This document shows, one piece after another, positions 1-8,497 of a DNA stretch of 54,975 nt. The notes beneath the pieces were generated by a model that was not told the DNA's origin, did not search any database, and saw only the letters and a program-made list of their open reading frames with translations. The stretch is from contig CAIKAA010000431.1 in assembly GCA_903825275.1 (NCBI GenBank), forward strand, positions 1 through 54,975, in the 5' to 3' direction. The position numbers and the translations under genes are program-made. The stretch is from an uncultured Fibrobacterota bacterium. GTDB lineage: Bacteria; Fibrobacterota; Fibrobacteria; UBA5070. Each line of letters begins with the position of its first letter. Position 1 is the stretch's first letter.

Positions 1-429
1 AGCCACTTCAAAACCGTGTTTGCGGGCCAAAATCTCGACCGCTTTTTCCACTTCGACGGAATCGTCTTCCAAAATTTCGCCGGTTTCTTCGCAAATGATG
101 TGGAAGTGCTGAGTATGCCCCAATACGTGTTCGTACTGGATGTGGCGATTTCCCAGATCCACTTCGGCCAAGATCCCGGCTTCCTTGAGGCTGTCGAGAT
201 TGCGGTAAAGAGTGGCACGCGAGACCTTTTTGCCGTTGGCTTTGAGGCTGTCGTGCAGCTCTTCCACGGAAAAATGGTCGTGACGAGCCATCACTTCTTC
301 CAGAATCGCGATCCGTTCCCGAGTGAACAGCAACTTTTTGCGCTTCAGGTATTCCCGGTAGCGTTCAAGAGCTTCGTCAAAATCGGCAGGTTTGAGGGGT
401 TGTGCCCCGGATGTCTTCTTTATGGACAT
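1..429 (-). CDS. Fur-family metalloregulator (C-terminus runs off the window)
   Basis: Absent from the ORF track because it has no in-window stop. Reverse-strand translation from ATG 429..427 gives MSIKKTSGAQPLKPADFDEALERYREYLKRKKLLFTRERIAILEEVMARHDHFSVEELHDSLKANGKKVSRATLYRNLDSLKEAGILAEVDLGNRHIQYEHVLGHTQHFHIICEETGEI... This shows a winged helix (ATLYRNL) plus the H-x-HFH-x-x-C metal-site region typical of Fur/Zur/PerR. The listed + ORF 16..438 is its antisense shadow. Confidence 0.8.
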   Translation of the reverse strand, partial: MSIKKTSGAQPLKPADFDEALERYREYLKRKKLLFTRERIAILEEVMARHDHFSVEELHDSLKANGKKVSRATLYRNLDSLKEAGILAEVDLGNRHIQYEHVLGHTQHFHIICEETGEILEDDSVEVEKAVEILARKHGFEVA

Positions 430-444
430 ATACTGTGACAAAAA

Positions 445-476
445 AGATAGTTTTTCTCGGGATCGAGAACCTATCT
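445..476. promoter_or_regulatory. Imperfect 32-bp palindrome, candidate operator in a divergent promoter region
   Basis: AGATAGTTTTTCTCG-GGAT-CGAGAACCTATCT. Outer arms AGATAG/CTATCT and inner arms TTCTCG/CGAGAA are perfect complements. It lies between the Fur-family start (429) and the + strand lipoprotein/rsmA unit (505). Confidence 0.35.
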
Positions 477-504
477 CGTGAGATTCGTTTTTGAAGGAGA
501 TCCC

Positions 505-645
505 ATGTCCATCGCACGCGCCGTCGCCCTAGTGGGTTTGTTCGCCGTGGTCTTGAGCGCTTGCTCGAACTACAAACAAGTGAACGACCCTTCCGACGGC
601 GACAACGGCAAGTACAAAAACCGACCCACGTCCACCGGTCTCTGA
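505..645 (+). CDS. 46-aa putative small lipoprotein (too short for the ORF track)
   Basis: GAAGGAGA Shine-Dalgarno ends 5 nt before ATG 505. Translation is MSIARAVALVGLFAVVLSACSNYKQVNDPSDGDNGKYKNRPTSTGL, with a hydrophobic signal and an LSAC lipobox. The stop lies 8 nt before the rsmA ATG. Confidence 0.5.
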   Translation: MSIARAVALVGLFAVVLSACSNYKQVNDPSDGDNGKYKNRPTSTGL

Positions 646-653
646 AGCCAGCC

Positions 654-1505
654 ATGTACGAAGCGGAACGTAGGAAGTTCGGTCAGAACTTCCTGGTGGA
701 TCAATCTGTGTGTCGCGCGATTGCCGAAGATGCCGACCCAGTGGATGGCGGAACCATCATTGAAATCGGCCCCGGCGCAGGCGCGATCACCGAATATTTG
801 ACGGCCCATGGTCGCGTGGTGGCCATCGAGATCGACCCCAAATGGGCCGAAAAACTGCCGCGCAAAGTGCCTAAGGGAGCGGACTTGGTGGTGGTGAACA
901 AAGACGCCATGCATGTCGATTTGGAACCGTGGATGGAGCCTGGCCCCACCGGAATCCTGCCTGTTCTTTGCGGCAACCTGCCCTACAACCGTGCCTCGGC
1001 GATCCTTCTGCGGAACCTGCCCAACATCCGCAAATTTCGTCACATGACCTTCATGGTGCAATGGGAAGTGGCCAAGCGCATCTGCGCCCAGGCAGGGGGC
1101 CGCGATTACGGGTCCCTTAGCGTGCTGGTGGCCAATTTCGCCCATCCTGAAATCCGCCTCAAGATTGGGCCGGACAGTTTCCGTCCCCGACCTCGAGTCC
1201 ATTCGGGAACCTTTATTTTGAAGGCCAAGCCTGAACCGATGGTGTCGGACCCGATGTACACCTGGTTTGTTCGGGCCGCCTTCCGTCAAAAACGCAAGAC
1301 CTTGCGCAATTCGCTCTTGATGACCTTTCCCGCCCCCGTGGTGGATGGTGCCTTGGCAGCCTGTGAGCAACCAGCTGGAATCCGGGGGGAACAAATCCCT
1401 CCCGAAGGATTCGCGCGACTTTTCCAAGCCTTTTTGCCTCACCTGGAACATTTGCGGCAGGAAGCGGTTCATGGGGGCAACGAGGAGGAAATTGAGGAGG
1501 TGTGA
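654..1505 (+). CDS. rsmA: 16S rRNA (adenine1518/1519-N6)-dimethyltransferase
   Basis: Motifs FGQNFL, EIGPGAGAIT (SAM site) and GNLPYN. I chose the internal ATG at 654 (MYEAERRKFGQNFL) rather than the 561 start, whose leader is Arg-rich junk overlapping the small lipoprotein ORF. Confidence 0.9.
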   Translation: MYEAERRKFGQNFLVDQSVCRAIAEDADPVDGGTIIEIGPGAGAITEYLTAHGRVVAIEIDPKWAEKLPRKVPKGADLVVVNKDAMHVDLEPWMEPGPTGILPVLCGNLPYNRASAILLRNLPNIRKFRHMTFMVQWEVAKRICAQAGGRDYGSLSVLVANFAHPEIRLKIGPDSFRPRPRVHSGTFILKAKPEPMVSDPMYTWFVRAAFRQKRKTLRNSLLMTFPAPVVDGALAACEQPAGIRGEQIPPEGFARLFQAFLPHLEHLRQEAVHGGNEEEIEEV

Positions 1506-1606
1506 GGAGAATCACGGATATTTTACGGACGGAATTGTAGTGTAGGTGTTCTTCCTGACTGGGGACACCACCCAAAAGACTTTCTTCACCTTTGCTAGGA
1601 GCCCCC

Positions 1607-3130
1607 ATGAAAATCCTGCGCGCCTCTTCAATCCTTTGTGCGCTGGCGGCGCTGTCCGCCTGCGACCTCACTGGTAGCGACACCAAACCAGCAAATGCCA
1701 CCAATTCCAATCCGAATGATCAGGTCGGTGCGATCGCCATGAGCAACTTGGGCACCAAGGATGCTGCCAGCGATAGCGTCGTTTCCGCCATGCAGGATGT
1801 TCCGGCCCAAATCGGCGGACGGATGACCCCGGCGGCACGACAGAACTTGCTGGATGCCAACTACACCTACAAGAAGCAGCTGGCGGCCAACCCGGGAGAC
1901 CCGGTTGCGGGATTCGGAATCGCGGTCACCAGTCTTAGTTTGAACGCCGACGACCTCTCGGACACCCTCAAGCACATGTGGGACGCCGGGCTGCGCGTGG
2001 GCGACGACAACAATCCCAGCGGCCTTTTCAAATCGTCTCCCACCGCCATGGTCAAATCCCAAGCCTTTTCTGCGCGCGCCTTGGCCAATCCGGTCAACGC
2101 CCCCAAAATCAGCCAGCTCCAAAATGTTTTGAAAGCCAAGTTGATGCCCTCCCTCGATTCCGCCATCTCCTTTTTGACCCAGTGCTGGAACACCCCGAAC
2201 TTCAAGTACCAGTTCTCGGTTCGGATCCAAGGTGATACCCAAACGATGGCCATCGGACGCGCCGATGTCGGCTTCGCCCTGGCGGGATTGCGGACAGCCA
2301 AGCAGTACTTCACTTGGTTGTTGGCCCAGAATCTGGACTGCGATTTCAACGGCTCCTACGTGTGGCTCGACACTTTGTCGCACATCAACGGCTCTATCGG
2401 TCCGACGACCTCCGCCCAGAACGCCGCATTCCAGAACCTGCAAACGCTCTTGGCTCCGGGCAGCACCTTCTTGACCCTGCGGACTTCCGAAGTGGCGGCC
2501 GTAAACGCCATTCCTACCGAACTGAAGGCAATCGCCAAGCTCGCCAAGGAAGCTGGAGACTATTCGGTGAAATACCAGCTCAAGAAAAGCGACGGGTTGG
2601 TGAAATTGAGCCCATCCGACAACAACACCTTGGCCGAGGTGATGGATTCCGTGAATGTCTATTTGGGTGGGTTCCACACCTACACCAAAGCCCCTCATGA
2701 CGGCTACCAATATGTCGAGGATTCCCTCTGCTCCTTTGATTATGGCGAAGGCCAGGTCTATACCTATTCCTGCGGTACCTACAAACCAGTGACCTACCCC
2801 GGTTTCTCCGTCACGATCAATGTGTCGAAGCTGATCACCCAGGCCGACCACAAGGTCTTTCTGCCCAGATACTCTTGGAATGCATCGAACACCTGGGCGA
2901 CCAAAGGACCCTTCTCGCTGGTGAAGGGCTCCGTGGTCACTCCAATGAAAGACTTCAATAACTTGGACATCAACGGGCCCAAGGACATGGCTCCTTACAT
3001 CGAGTGGGCCGATCCCACCTTCGGCGGCGCCTTTGCCTTCCAAAATTCCGCCGCGGTGCTGAACCAGTTGGATGCGATGAACGAGAAGCCGGTTTCGAAC
3101 AACTCGATCATTCCCAACTACTCGTTCTGA
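1607..3130 (+). CDS. Hypothetical lipoprotein, 507 aa, no family recognised
   Basis: AGGAG lies 5 nt upstream of ATG 1607. N-terminus MKILRASSILCALAALSACDL carries an LSAC lipobox. The rest is Asn/Ser/Thr-rich and ends ...IIPNYSF. Confidence 0.7.
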   Translation: MKILRASSILCALAALSACDLTGSDTKPANATNSNPNDQVGAIAMSNLGTKDAASDSVVSAMQDVPAQIGGRMTPAARQNLLDANYTYKKQLAANPGDPVAGFGIAVTSLSLNADDLSDTLKHMWDAGLRVGDDNNPSGLFKSSPTAMVKSQAFSARALANPVNAPKISQLQNVLKAKLMPSLDSAISFLTQCWNTPNFKYQFSVRIQGDTQTMAIGRADVGFALAGLRTAKQYFTWLLAQNLDCDFNGSYVWLDTLSHINGSIGPTTSAQNAAFQNLQTLLAPGSTFLTLRTSEVAAVNAIPTELKAIAKLAKEAGDYSVKYQLKKSDGLVKLSPSDNNTLAEVMDSVNVYLGGFHTYTKAPHDGYQYVEDSLCSFDYGEGQVYTYSCGTYKPVTYPGFSVTINVSKLITQADHKVFLPRYSWNASNTWATKGPFSLVKGSVVTPMKDFNNLDINGPKDMAPYIEWADPTFGGAFAFQNSAAVLNQLDAMNEKPVSNNSIIPNYSF

Positions 3131-3134
3131 TTTG

Positions 3135-4595
3135 ATGCTTTTTGAGCGTTTTCCGATTTCTCATCGTCCTTGGAAAACCCCCTCGTTCGTGATGCGGACG
3201 GGGGGATTTTTGTTTCTGACGGCTTCGCTTACCTGCTCGGCGGGATCGCCCTGGTTCGACCATTTGGGCCTCGATCCCGGTTGGCTTCTGGAAGAGGGAA
3301 TCGATTCTGCCCGCACAAGTACGCCCCAAGCCGGCATTTCGGTTCGTTCAAATTCCGAACTGGCCTTGCGAACGCCGCTACGACTTTTCTGGAATTCGAC
3401 AGAAATTGACCAAACGTTTGCAGGTACGGTTTCGTCGGGATCGTGGCAATGGACGACTTGGTTCGAGGTTCCTGTCCAAAATCAGGACCGGAACTTCTCG
3501 ACTTCGTCCTTCGCATTGGAGACTGGCTCGAACCAGATCGGACTGCGAGCCGGGACGGAATGGAAAGGGGATCGCGTCCGCCTCAAGATGGGCGTCGACC
3601 AAGAAACGGGACGAGACGCCCTTTCTGGATCGATCCAAGTGACCCAGGGCACCGCGCTTCTGGAAGCGGGAGTTCAGCGTTCGAATCACCGAGCGCAAAT
3701 GGTCGTCACCACTGCGAAGGGTTCTCTTTCCATGGACTGGAAGGATGTCTCGGATTCGCTGGGTGCCCTTCTGACCCTTCCCATCGGATCTTCGCGGTGG
3801 ATCGCAAGTGCCTGGACCCGCAAGGATGCTTCTCCCGTCCAAGATCTTACCGATACAGGGAGCGCTTCGGGATGGGCGATCGGGTGTTCCATTCCGACAG
3901 AATTTGGCAAGGGCATCGCCGGGTACAGCTGGGATCGCGCAGACCTGCGGACGTTGGGAAGCCGCGAGGGCCGATTGTTCCACGACCAGGATTGGCAAAC
4001 CGTGCGCGTCGGCCTTAACCTGGGATGGACAGCAGGACCATGGCGCCTGTCGGGCTCTACCCGCCAAATTCGATGGGAATTTCCCTTTCAAGGGATTGAC
4101 CGTCCGTTCCTCCAATGGAACATGATCCCCGAGGATGTATTTACGCGCGTGGAAGGCATTTTGGAAAACCAAAGCGAGTACCTCAGCGGCAGCGTTCGGG
4201 TGGAACACTGGACGGGTGCTCTGGACCGCACCTGGGCGTGGAAATCGCTTTCCTTTACCCCAAGCCTTGGAGCTTCTTGGACAGGATTTGACCTTCTTGT
4301 GAAACACTCCACCTTGGATGTGAGAGGATTGATCCCCTATGTCACCGAATCGGTCCCTTGCGATGGAACAGGCTGGATCGCGATGACCATGGCGCGGGCC
4401 AATTTGGCATGGCAACCGTCTTCCAGAACGGTCTTCCACCTTGGGGGCATTTGGAGGCAACCCCTTGCCGGTGCTTGGCATTCCCGACAAGTCGCATCCT
4501 CCGCTCGGGGAACCAGCTCGTTGGCGGAGTCAGGAAATGCGATCGATCCGCTGGGATTCCACGAATGGAGTCTCGACGGGAGGATCGCCTTTTAG
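3135..4595 (+). CDS. Hypothetical outer-membrane beta-barrel-like protein
   Basis: ATG lies 4 nt after the lipoprotein stop (alternative starts TTG 3132, ATG 3192). There is a signal-like segment MRTGGFLFLTASLTCSAG and many short amphipathic stretches rich in G/S/W/R. The C-terminal LDGRIAF has a terminal Phe typical of BAM substrates. Confidence 0.6.
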   Translation: MLFERFPISHRPWKTPSFVMRTGGFLFLTASLTCSAGSPWFDHLGLDPGWLLEEGIDSARTSTPQAGISVRSNSELALRTPLRLFWNSTEIDQTFAGTVSSGSWQWTTWFEVPVQNQDRNFSTSSFALETGSNQIGLRAGTEWKGDRVRLKMGVDQETGRDALSGSIQVTQGTALLEAGVQRSNHRAQMVVTTAKGSLSMDWKDVSDSLGALLTLPIGSSRWIASAWTRKDASPVQDLTDTGSASGWAIGCSIPTEFGKGIAGYSWDRADLRTLGSREGRLFHDQDWQTVRVGLNLGWTAGPWRLSGSTRQIRWEFPFQGIDRPFLQWNMIPEDVFTRVEGILENQSEYLSGSVRVEHWTGALDRTWAWKSLSFTPSLGASWTGFDLLVKHSTLDVRGLIPYVTESVPCDGTGWIAMTMARANLAWQPSSRTVFHLGGIWRQPLAGAWHSRQVASSARGTSSLAESGNAIDPLGFHEWSLDGRIAF

Positions 4596-4623
4596 CTCTC
4601 GAGGGTGTTATCTTCAAAATCCA

Positions 4624-5448
4624 ATGTCCAGCAAATCAAACAGTCACCAAAACCCAATCGGGGTCGCCCTGTTGGGAATCGACCAGCTGATGATTTGGAT
4701 TGGGAACTGGGTGCTCAAAGCCTTTGAAACCGTTCTCGATTTTCTGTCCTTCCTGGGTGAGACGTTCAGTGTTTCCTGGAAATTCTACCGCCATCCCCAC
4801 TTTACCTTGGAACAGCTCTACGCGATCGGAATCAACTCGATCCCCCTGGTGGCAACCACGTCGGTGTTTACCGGAGCCGTGACCGCTTGGCAAGCCGCCT
4901 ACCTGTTTTCCGATTTCATTCCGCTGACCTTTCTGGGAACGGCAGTCGGCAAGTCGATCATGCTAGAAATGGGCCCGGTTCTCACCGCCTTGGTGGTGGC
5001 AGGACGCACCGGCGCCGGGATGACCTCGGAGCTGGGTTCGATGTCGGTGACCGAACAATTGGACGCCATGGATGTGTTGGGTCTTGACCGCTTCCAGTTT
5101 TTGGTGGCTCCTCGGGTGATGTCGGGCCTGATCATGCTTCCCGTCCTATGCGTCATTTCCTCCTTTGTCGGGCTGATGGGCGCCTTGGGCGTGGCCGTGG
5201 TCTTCAAAGGCATGGAGCCTTCTCTCTTTTGGAAGGGGGTTCGCTTTTTCTACTCGGACTGGGACGTGGTGGTGGCCTTGGTCAAGGCGTTCTTCTTCGG
5301 ATTCATCATCACGACCTTTGGGTGTTATGCCGGAATTCGGGCCCGCAACGGCGCCGAAGGAGTCGGTCGCGCCATCATGCAATCGGTCCAAGCCTCCAGC
5401 GTGAGCATCTTGATCGCCAACTTTTTGATCGGGTACATTCTGCTGTAA
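4624..5448 (+). CDS. mlaE: MlaE/YrbE-family ABC transporter permease (orphan, no adjacent ATPase or MCE protein)
   Basis: Contains LEMGPVLTALVVAGRTGAGMTSELGSMSVTEQLDAMDVLG and a GAEGVGRAIMQSVQASSVSILIANFLIGY tail, typical of MlaE. Internal ATG 4624 chosen because the upstream part of ORF 4441..5448 overlaps the preceding gene. Confidence 0.85.
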   Translation: MSSKSNSHQNPIGVALLGIDQLMIWIGNWVLKAFETVLDFLSFLGETFSVSWKFYRHPHFTLEQLYAIGINSIPLVATTSVFTGAVTAWQAAYLFSDFIPLTFLGTAVGKSIMLEMGPVLTALVVAGRTGAGMTSELGSMSVTEQLDAMDVLGLDRFQFLVAPRVMSGLIMLPVLCVISSFVGLMGALGVAVVFKGMEPSLFWKGVRFFYSDWDVVVALVKAFFFGFIITTFGCYAGIRARNGAEGVGRAIMQSVQASSVSILIANFLIGYILL

Positions 5449-5466
5449 ACCGGTTTGCGACGGGAT

Positions 5467-8316
5467 CTAGGGTGACTGGTTTGGCAGAGCGAAGGTCTGG
5501 ATCAAACTGTCCAATCGACGCGTCAACTTGATCGCTCCGGGAGTCGCGAGGTGGCTGTAGTCCAAGGCGTCGTCATCGGTGTAATCGTGCAGACCATCGA
5601 GGTTGGCATCGACGAAGTGGATCTTGGGTGAAATTTGTTCCAGCAATTTCAGCCGTCGAAGGATTTCGTGGTAGGTGTTCCAATACGGCTCCCACAACCC
5701 TGCCCGGGGCGAATCGCGGTAATGCGGGCTCACCGGAAAATTGACCAGCACCACATGGATTCCCGCTGCGGACAAATCGGTCACCAATCCTTGAAGCCGC
5801 CCCCAATTCCTTGCGAAAATCATTCCCAACAAGGAGTCGTTGGCTTCATCCACAAAGACCGGAGTTTCGCGGCCCCAATTCACGGAGGCATGAATGGATT
5901 CACCAGATTTTGTCAGAATTCCGTGATTGGTCCAATCCACCATTCTCGCGGCGCTGTCCATGGCTTTGGAAATGCCGTTCTTCCAAAATCCATGATTTGC
6001 GTCATAGATCCATCCTGTCGAGTTTACGACTGCAGCTCCGATCCCTTGATTTTCGGACCACAACAGCCAACCCGTCATCACCCCCAAAACAACGACCTTC
6101 AATGGGGACGCACGCCCCATCACCACCTCGCGCAGGATTCTTTCGTCCAACTGAACATCGCTTCCATCGATTCCCAAATTCATGGCCCGCCGCGAAAAGG
6201 CTTCGGGTGCGATCCCGTGGTAAACCCGCGAACTGCCCACCGCGACGATCTCGATAGAATCTCGCTGGGCGAGAAAGGCGGGAAGTTTGGAAGCCACCGC
6301 TCCTTGGTAAGAACTGACCAGCGGCTTGTCATACGCGAAAAGGGAATCGGCAGAATACGCCATCGGACGGGAATGGTTCTCCCCCACCCACAACCCCGGC
6401 ATTCCCAGATCCTCTCCGTGCACTAGGGGGATCGAGTTTCCCGAGCTCAGGTCCAGCAGATGGACTTCTTGAGAGGCCCGGTTGTTCTCCAGAGCCATTC
6501 CCACCGCCCAGCTAGGATGATTGCTCCACTCCAGATCGTCCCACTGCAGCTTCCCCGACGCCACGGGATAGGTCTTCTGCACCTTCCCCATACTATCTGC
6601 CACAAAGGCCACTTCGTGGATTCGGTACGGACGCCCCACCACCGTGGAATTGCCCTCATAACCAAAATCCAAAAACATCACCCGGCCGCTGCCGTCGGGC
6701 GAGGCGCTTGTGTTGCACACCTGCGAGGTGTCCCCCGACGACTTCCCGTTTTGCGGGGAGGTGAACAAGGTCCGGCTCGTCTTTCCATTTAGGTTGAATT
6801 GCTTCAACCTTCGGTAACCCGTGTACAAGTACGATCCACTGCGTCCGTCGTGGTAGCTGCCCCCACTCGACCAAGATTCGACAGATCCTGTCAACGCCCC
6901 GTGACTCCAACGCTCGGCCGTCGTTTGCCCTGTGCCCCAACCGGAACCCGTGTTGTCCATCGCCGAGCTGGCGCGGACCAAGAAGGTGTCGGTGCCATTC
7001 ACCCACCAGCGAGGGATCGCCCCCGCACCTAAATCAATCACTACGCTGTCGTTTTTCACCAACCGACGCGCTTTGATCCGAGAGGTTCCGGTACTTCCCT
7101 CCATCACGGTGGACCACGCCACCCACTGGCCGTCGGGCGAAATCGCCGGATGGAACACCGGATCCTTGTCCGGCAGACTGCGCACCACCGGAGTGGCTTC
7201 GCCATAATCGATCCAGCTCAACAGTCCTTTGCCCTTCGAGCGATTCAAAAACACCAGCCGCGCCGATTGGGCCCCCAGCAAGCGCGCCACATCCGTGCGC
7301 AAGATCGCCACCGGGGGCGCTTGCACCTGCTGGCCCGAGGCATTCGTGTAGGTGGGCGTAAAACCGCCGCGGGCACAGCGGAAGCCCACGTACTCAGCCC
7401 TGGCCGAGCGGTAGGCCGCATAGGTCGCCGTGCGCGACGAAGGACGAAGGTGCTCCAATCCGTAGGTGTAGGCACCGCTCTTCAACGGGGCTTCGGGAAT
7501 GTCGCCGGGGTTGTCGGGGCCGACATAATCTGTCACCGTGTCTTGCGGAAACGATCCCTTCCAATCCTGAACCCATTCCATCGCATTGCCCGAGAGGTCG
7601 TAAAAACCCCAGGCGTTGGGCTTGAGGCGAGCCACGTCATGCAGACTGGCTCCAGCATTCTTTTGGAACCATGCGAATTCGGTGGCCTTGCTGGAATCGG
7701 CGAGCTCGCCCCACGGATAAGCCGTGCTGCTTCCGGCGCGGTCGGCGTATTCCCATTCGGCTTCGGTGGGAAGGCGCCAGCCATGGCGATCTAGGTGGGA
7801 GGCCAGGCCGATGAGATTCCAGGTCGATCCGGAGGAATCAGACGAGATCGAGCTGTAGTCGTAGACCGTGTCGAGGTGGTCGCGCTTGGAACGCGCGTTG
7901 CAAAACAACACGGCGTCGAACCACGTCACGTTGACCACCGGTTTGGTGGGAGACTGCGAGGCGTTGGGGGAAAGGCTGCGGGTCGTTAGAGAGAGGAATT
8001 CGGCCTGGGTGACCTCGGTGGTGTCCAGCCAAAAGTCGTGGGCGAAGCGGGTGAAGCCGGGACGCTCTTCGGGGGCAGATTGCACATCTTGGGAGCCCAG
8101 GCGAAAGGAATGGCCGCTGGAAGCAATTCGTCGGGCACTGCCTTCGGTCGAGGAGGGTGCGGGCTGCGTGACACTCGTTGGATCGGAAGAGCAGGAGAGC
8201 AAACCCAAGAGGAAACACCCCGTGCTGGTCGCCAAAAGGCTCCTTTTCTGAATCGACGAAAAGCCCGTTCGCCGTCGTGACCCACAAAATCCCCAGTCGA
8301 TCCATCGCCTATTCAC
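5467..8316 (-). CDS. 949-aa lipoprotein: FGE/SUMF1-like domain + TolB-like beta-propeller region + C-terminal SGNH/DltD-like region
   Basis: N-terminal LLGLLSCSS lipobox. FGE-sulfatase-type motifs: EVTQAEF, NVTWFDAVLFCNARS, GWRLPTEAEWEYA, NAWGFYDLSGNAMEWVQDW, YVGFRCARG. A central ISPDGQWVAWS-type propeller signature follows. The C-terminal part (IVAVGSSRVYHGI ... YSHLATPGAIKLT) resembles SGNH/DltD-like esterases. Confidence 0.75.
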   Translation of the reverse strand: MNRRWIDWGFCGSRRRTGFSSIQKRSLLATSTGCFLLGLLSCSSDPTSVTQPAPSSTEGSARRIASSGHSFRLGSQDVQSAPEERPGFTRFAHDFWLDTTEVTQAEFLSLTTRSLSPNASQSPTKPVVNVTWFDAVLFCNARSKRDHLDTVYDYSSISSDSSGSTWNLIGLASHLDRHGWRLPTEAEWEYADRAGSSTAYPWGELADSSKATEFAWFQKNAGASLHDVARLKPNAWGFYDLSGNAMEWVQDWKGSFPQDTVTDYVGPDNPGDIPEAPLKSGAYTYGLEHLRPSSRTATYAAYRSARAEYVGFRCARGGFTPTYTNASGQQVQAPPVAILRTDVARLLGAQSARLVFLNRSKGKGLLSWIDYGEATPVVRSLPDKDPVFHPAISPDGQWVAWSTVMEGSTGTSRIKARRLVKNDSVVIDLGAGAIPRWWVNGTDTFLVRASSAMDNTGSGWGTGQTTAERWSHGALTGSVESWSSGGSYHDGRSGSYLYTGYRRLKQFNLNGKTSRTLFTSPQNGKSSGDTSQVCNTSASPDGSGRVMFLDFGYEGNSTVVGRPYRIHEVAFVADSMGKVQKTYPVASGKLQWDDLEWSNHPSWAVGMALENNRASQEVHLLDLSSGNSIPLVHGEDLGMPGLWVGENHSRPMAYSADSLFAYDKPLVSSYQGAVASKLPAFLAQRDSIEIVAVGSSRVYHGIAPEAFSRRAMNLGIDGSDVQLDERILREVVMGRASPLKVVVLGVMTGWLLWSENQGIGAAVVNSTGWIYDANHGFWKNGISKAMDSAARMVDWTNHGILTKSGESIHASVNWGRETPVFVDEANDSLLGMIFARNWGRLQGLVTDLSAAGIHVVLVNFPVSPHYRDSPRAGLWEPYWNTYHEILRRLKLLEQISPKIHFVDANLDGLHDYTDDDALDYSHLATPGAIKLTRRLDSLIQTFALPNQSP

Positions 8317-8497
8317 TTGACTCCCCCAACTCCAGTTTCATCTCCATTTTTACCTAGCCTGGGAAACAGAATAGGTGCCAACCCCTACTGCGTGTGGGCC
8401 TTTTTCTGGCCGACAATCGATCTGTTTAAAGATGGATCGGGTGTTCCTTCTTTAGGAGAAGAATGCACGAATGATCGCGACCGTCTAACTTCTGTGT

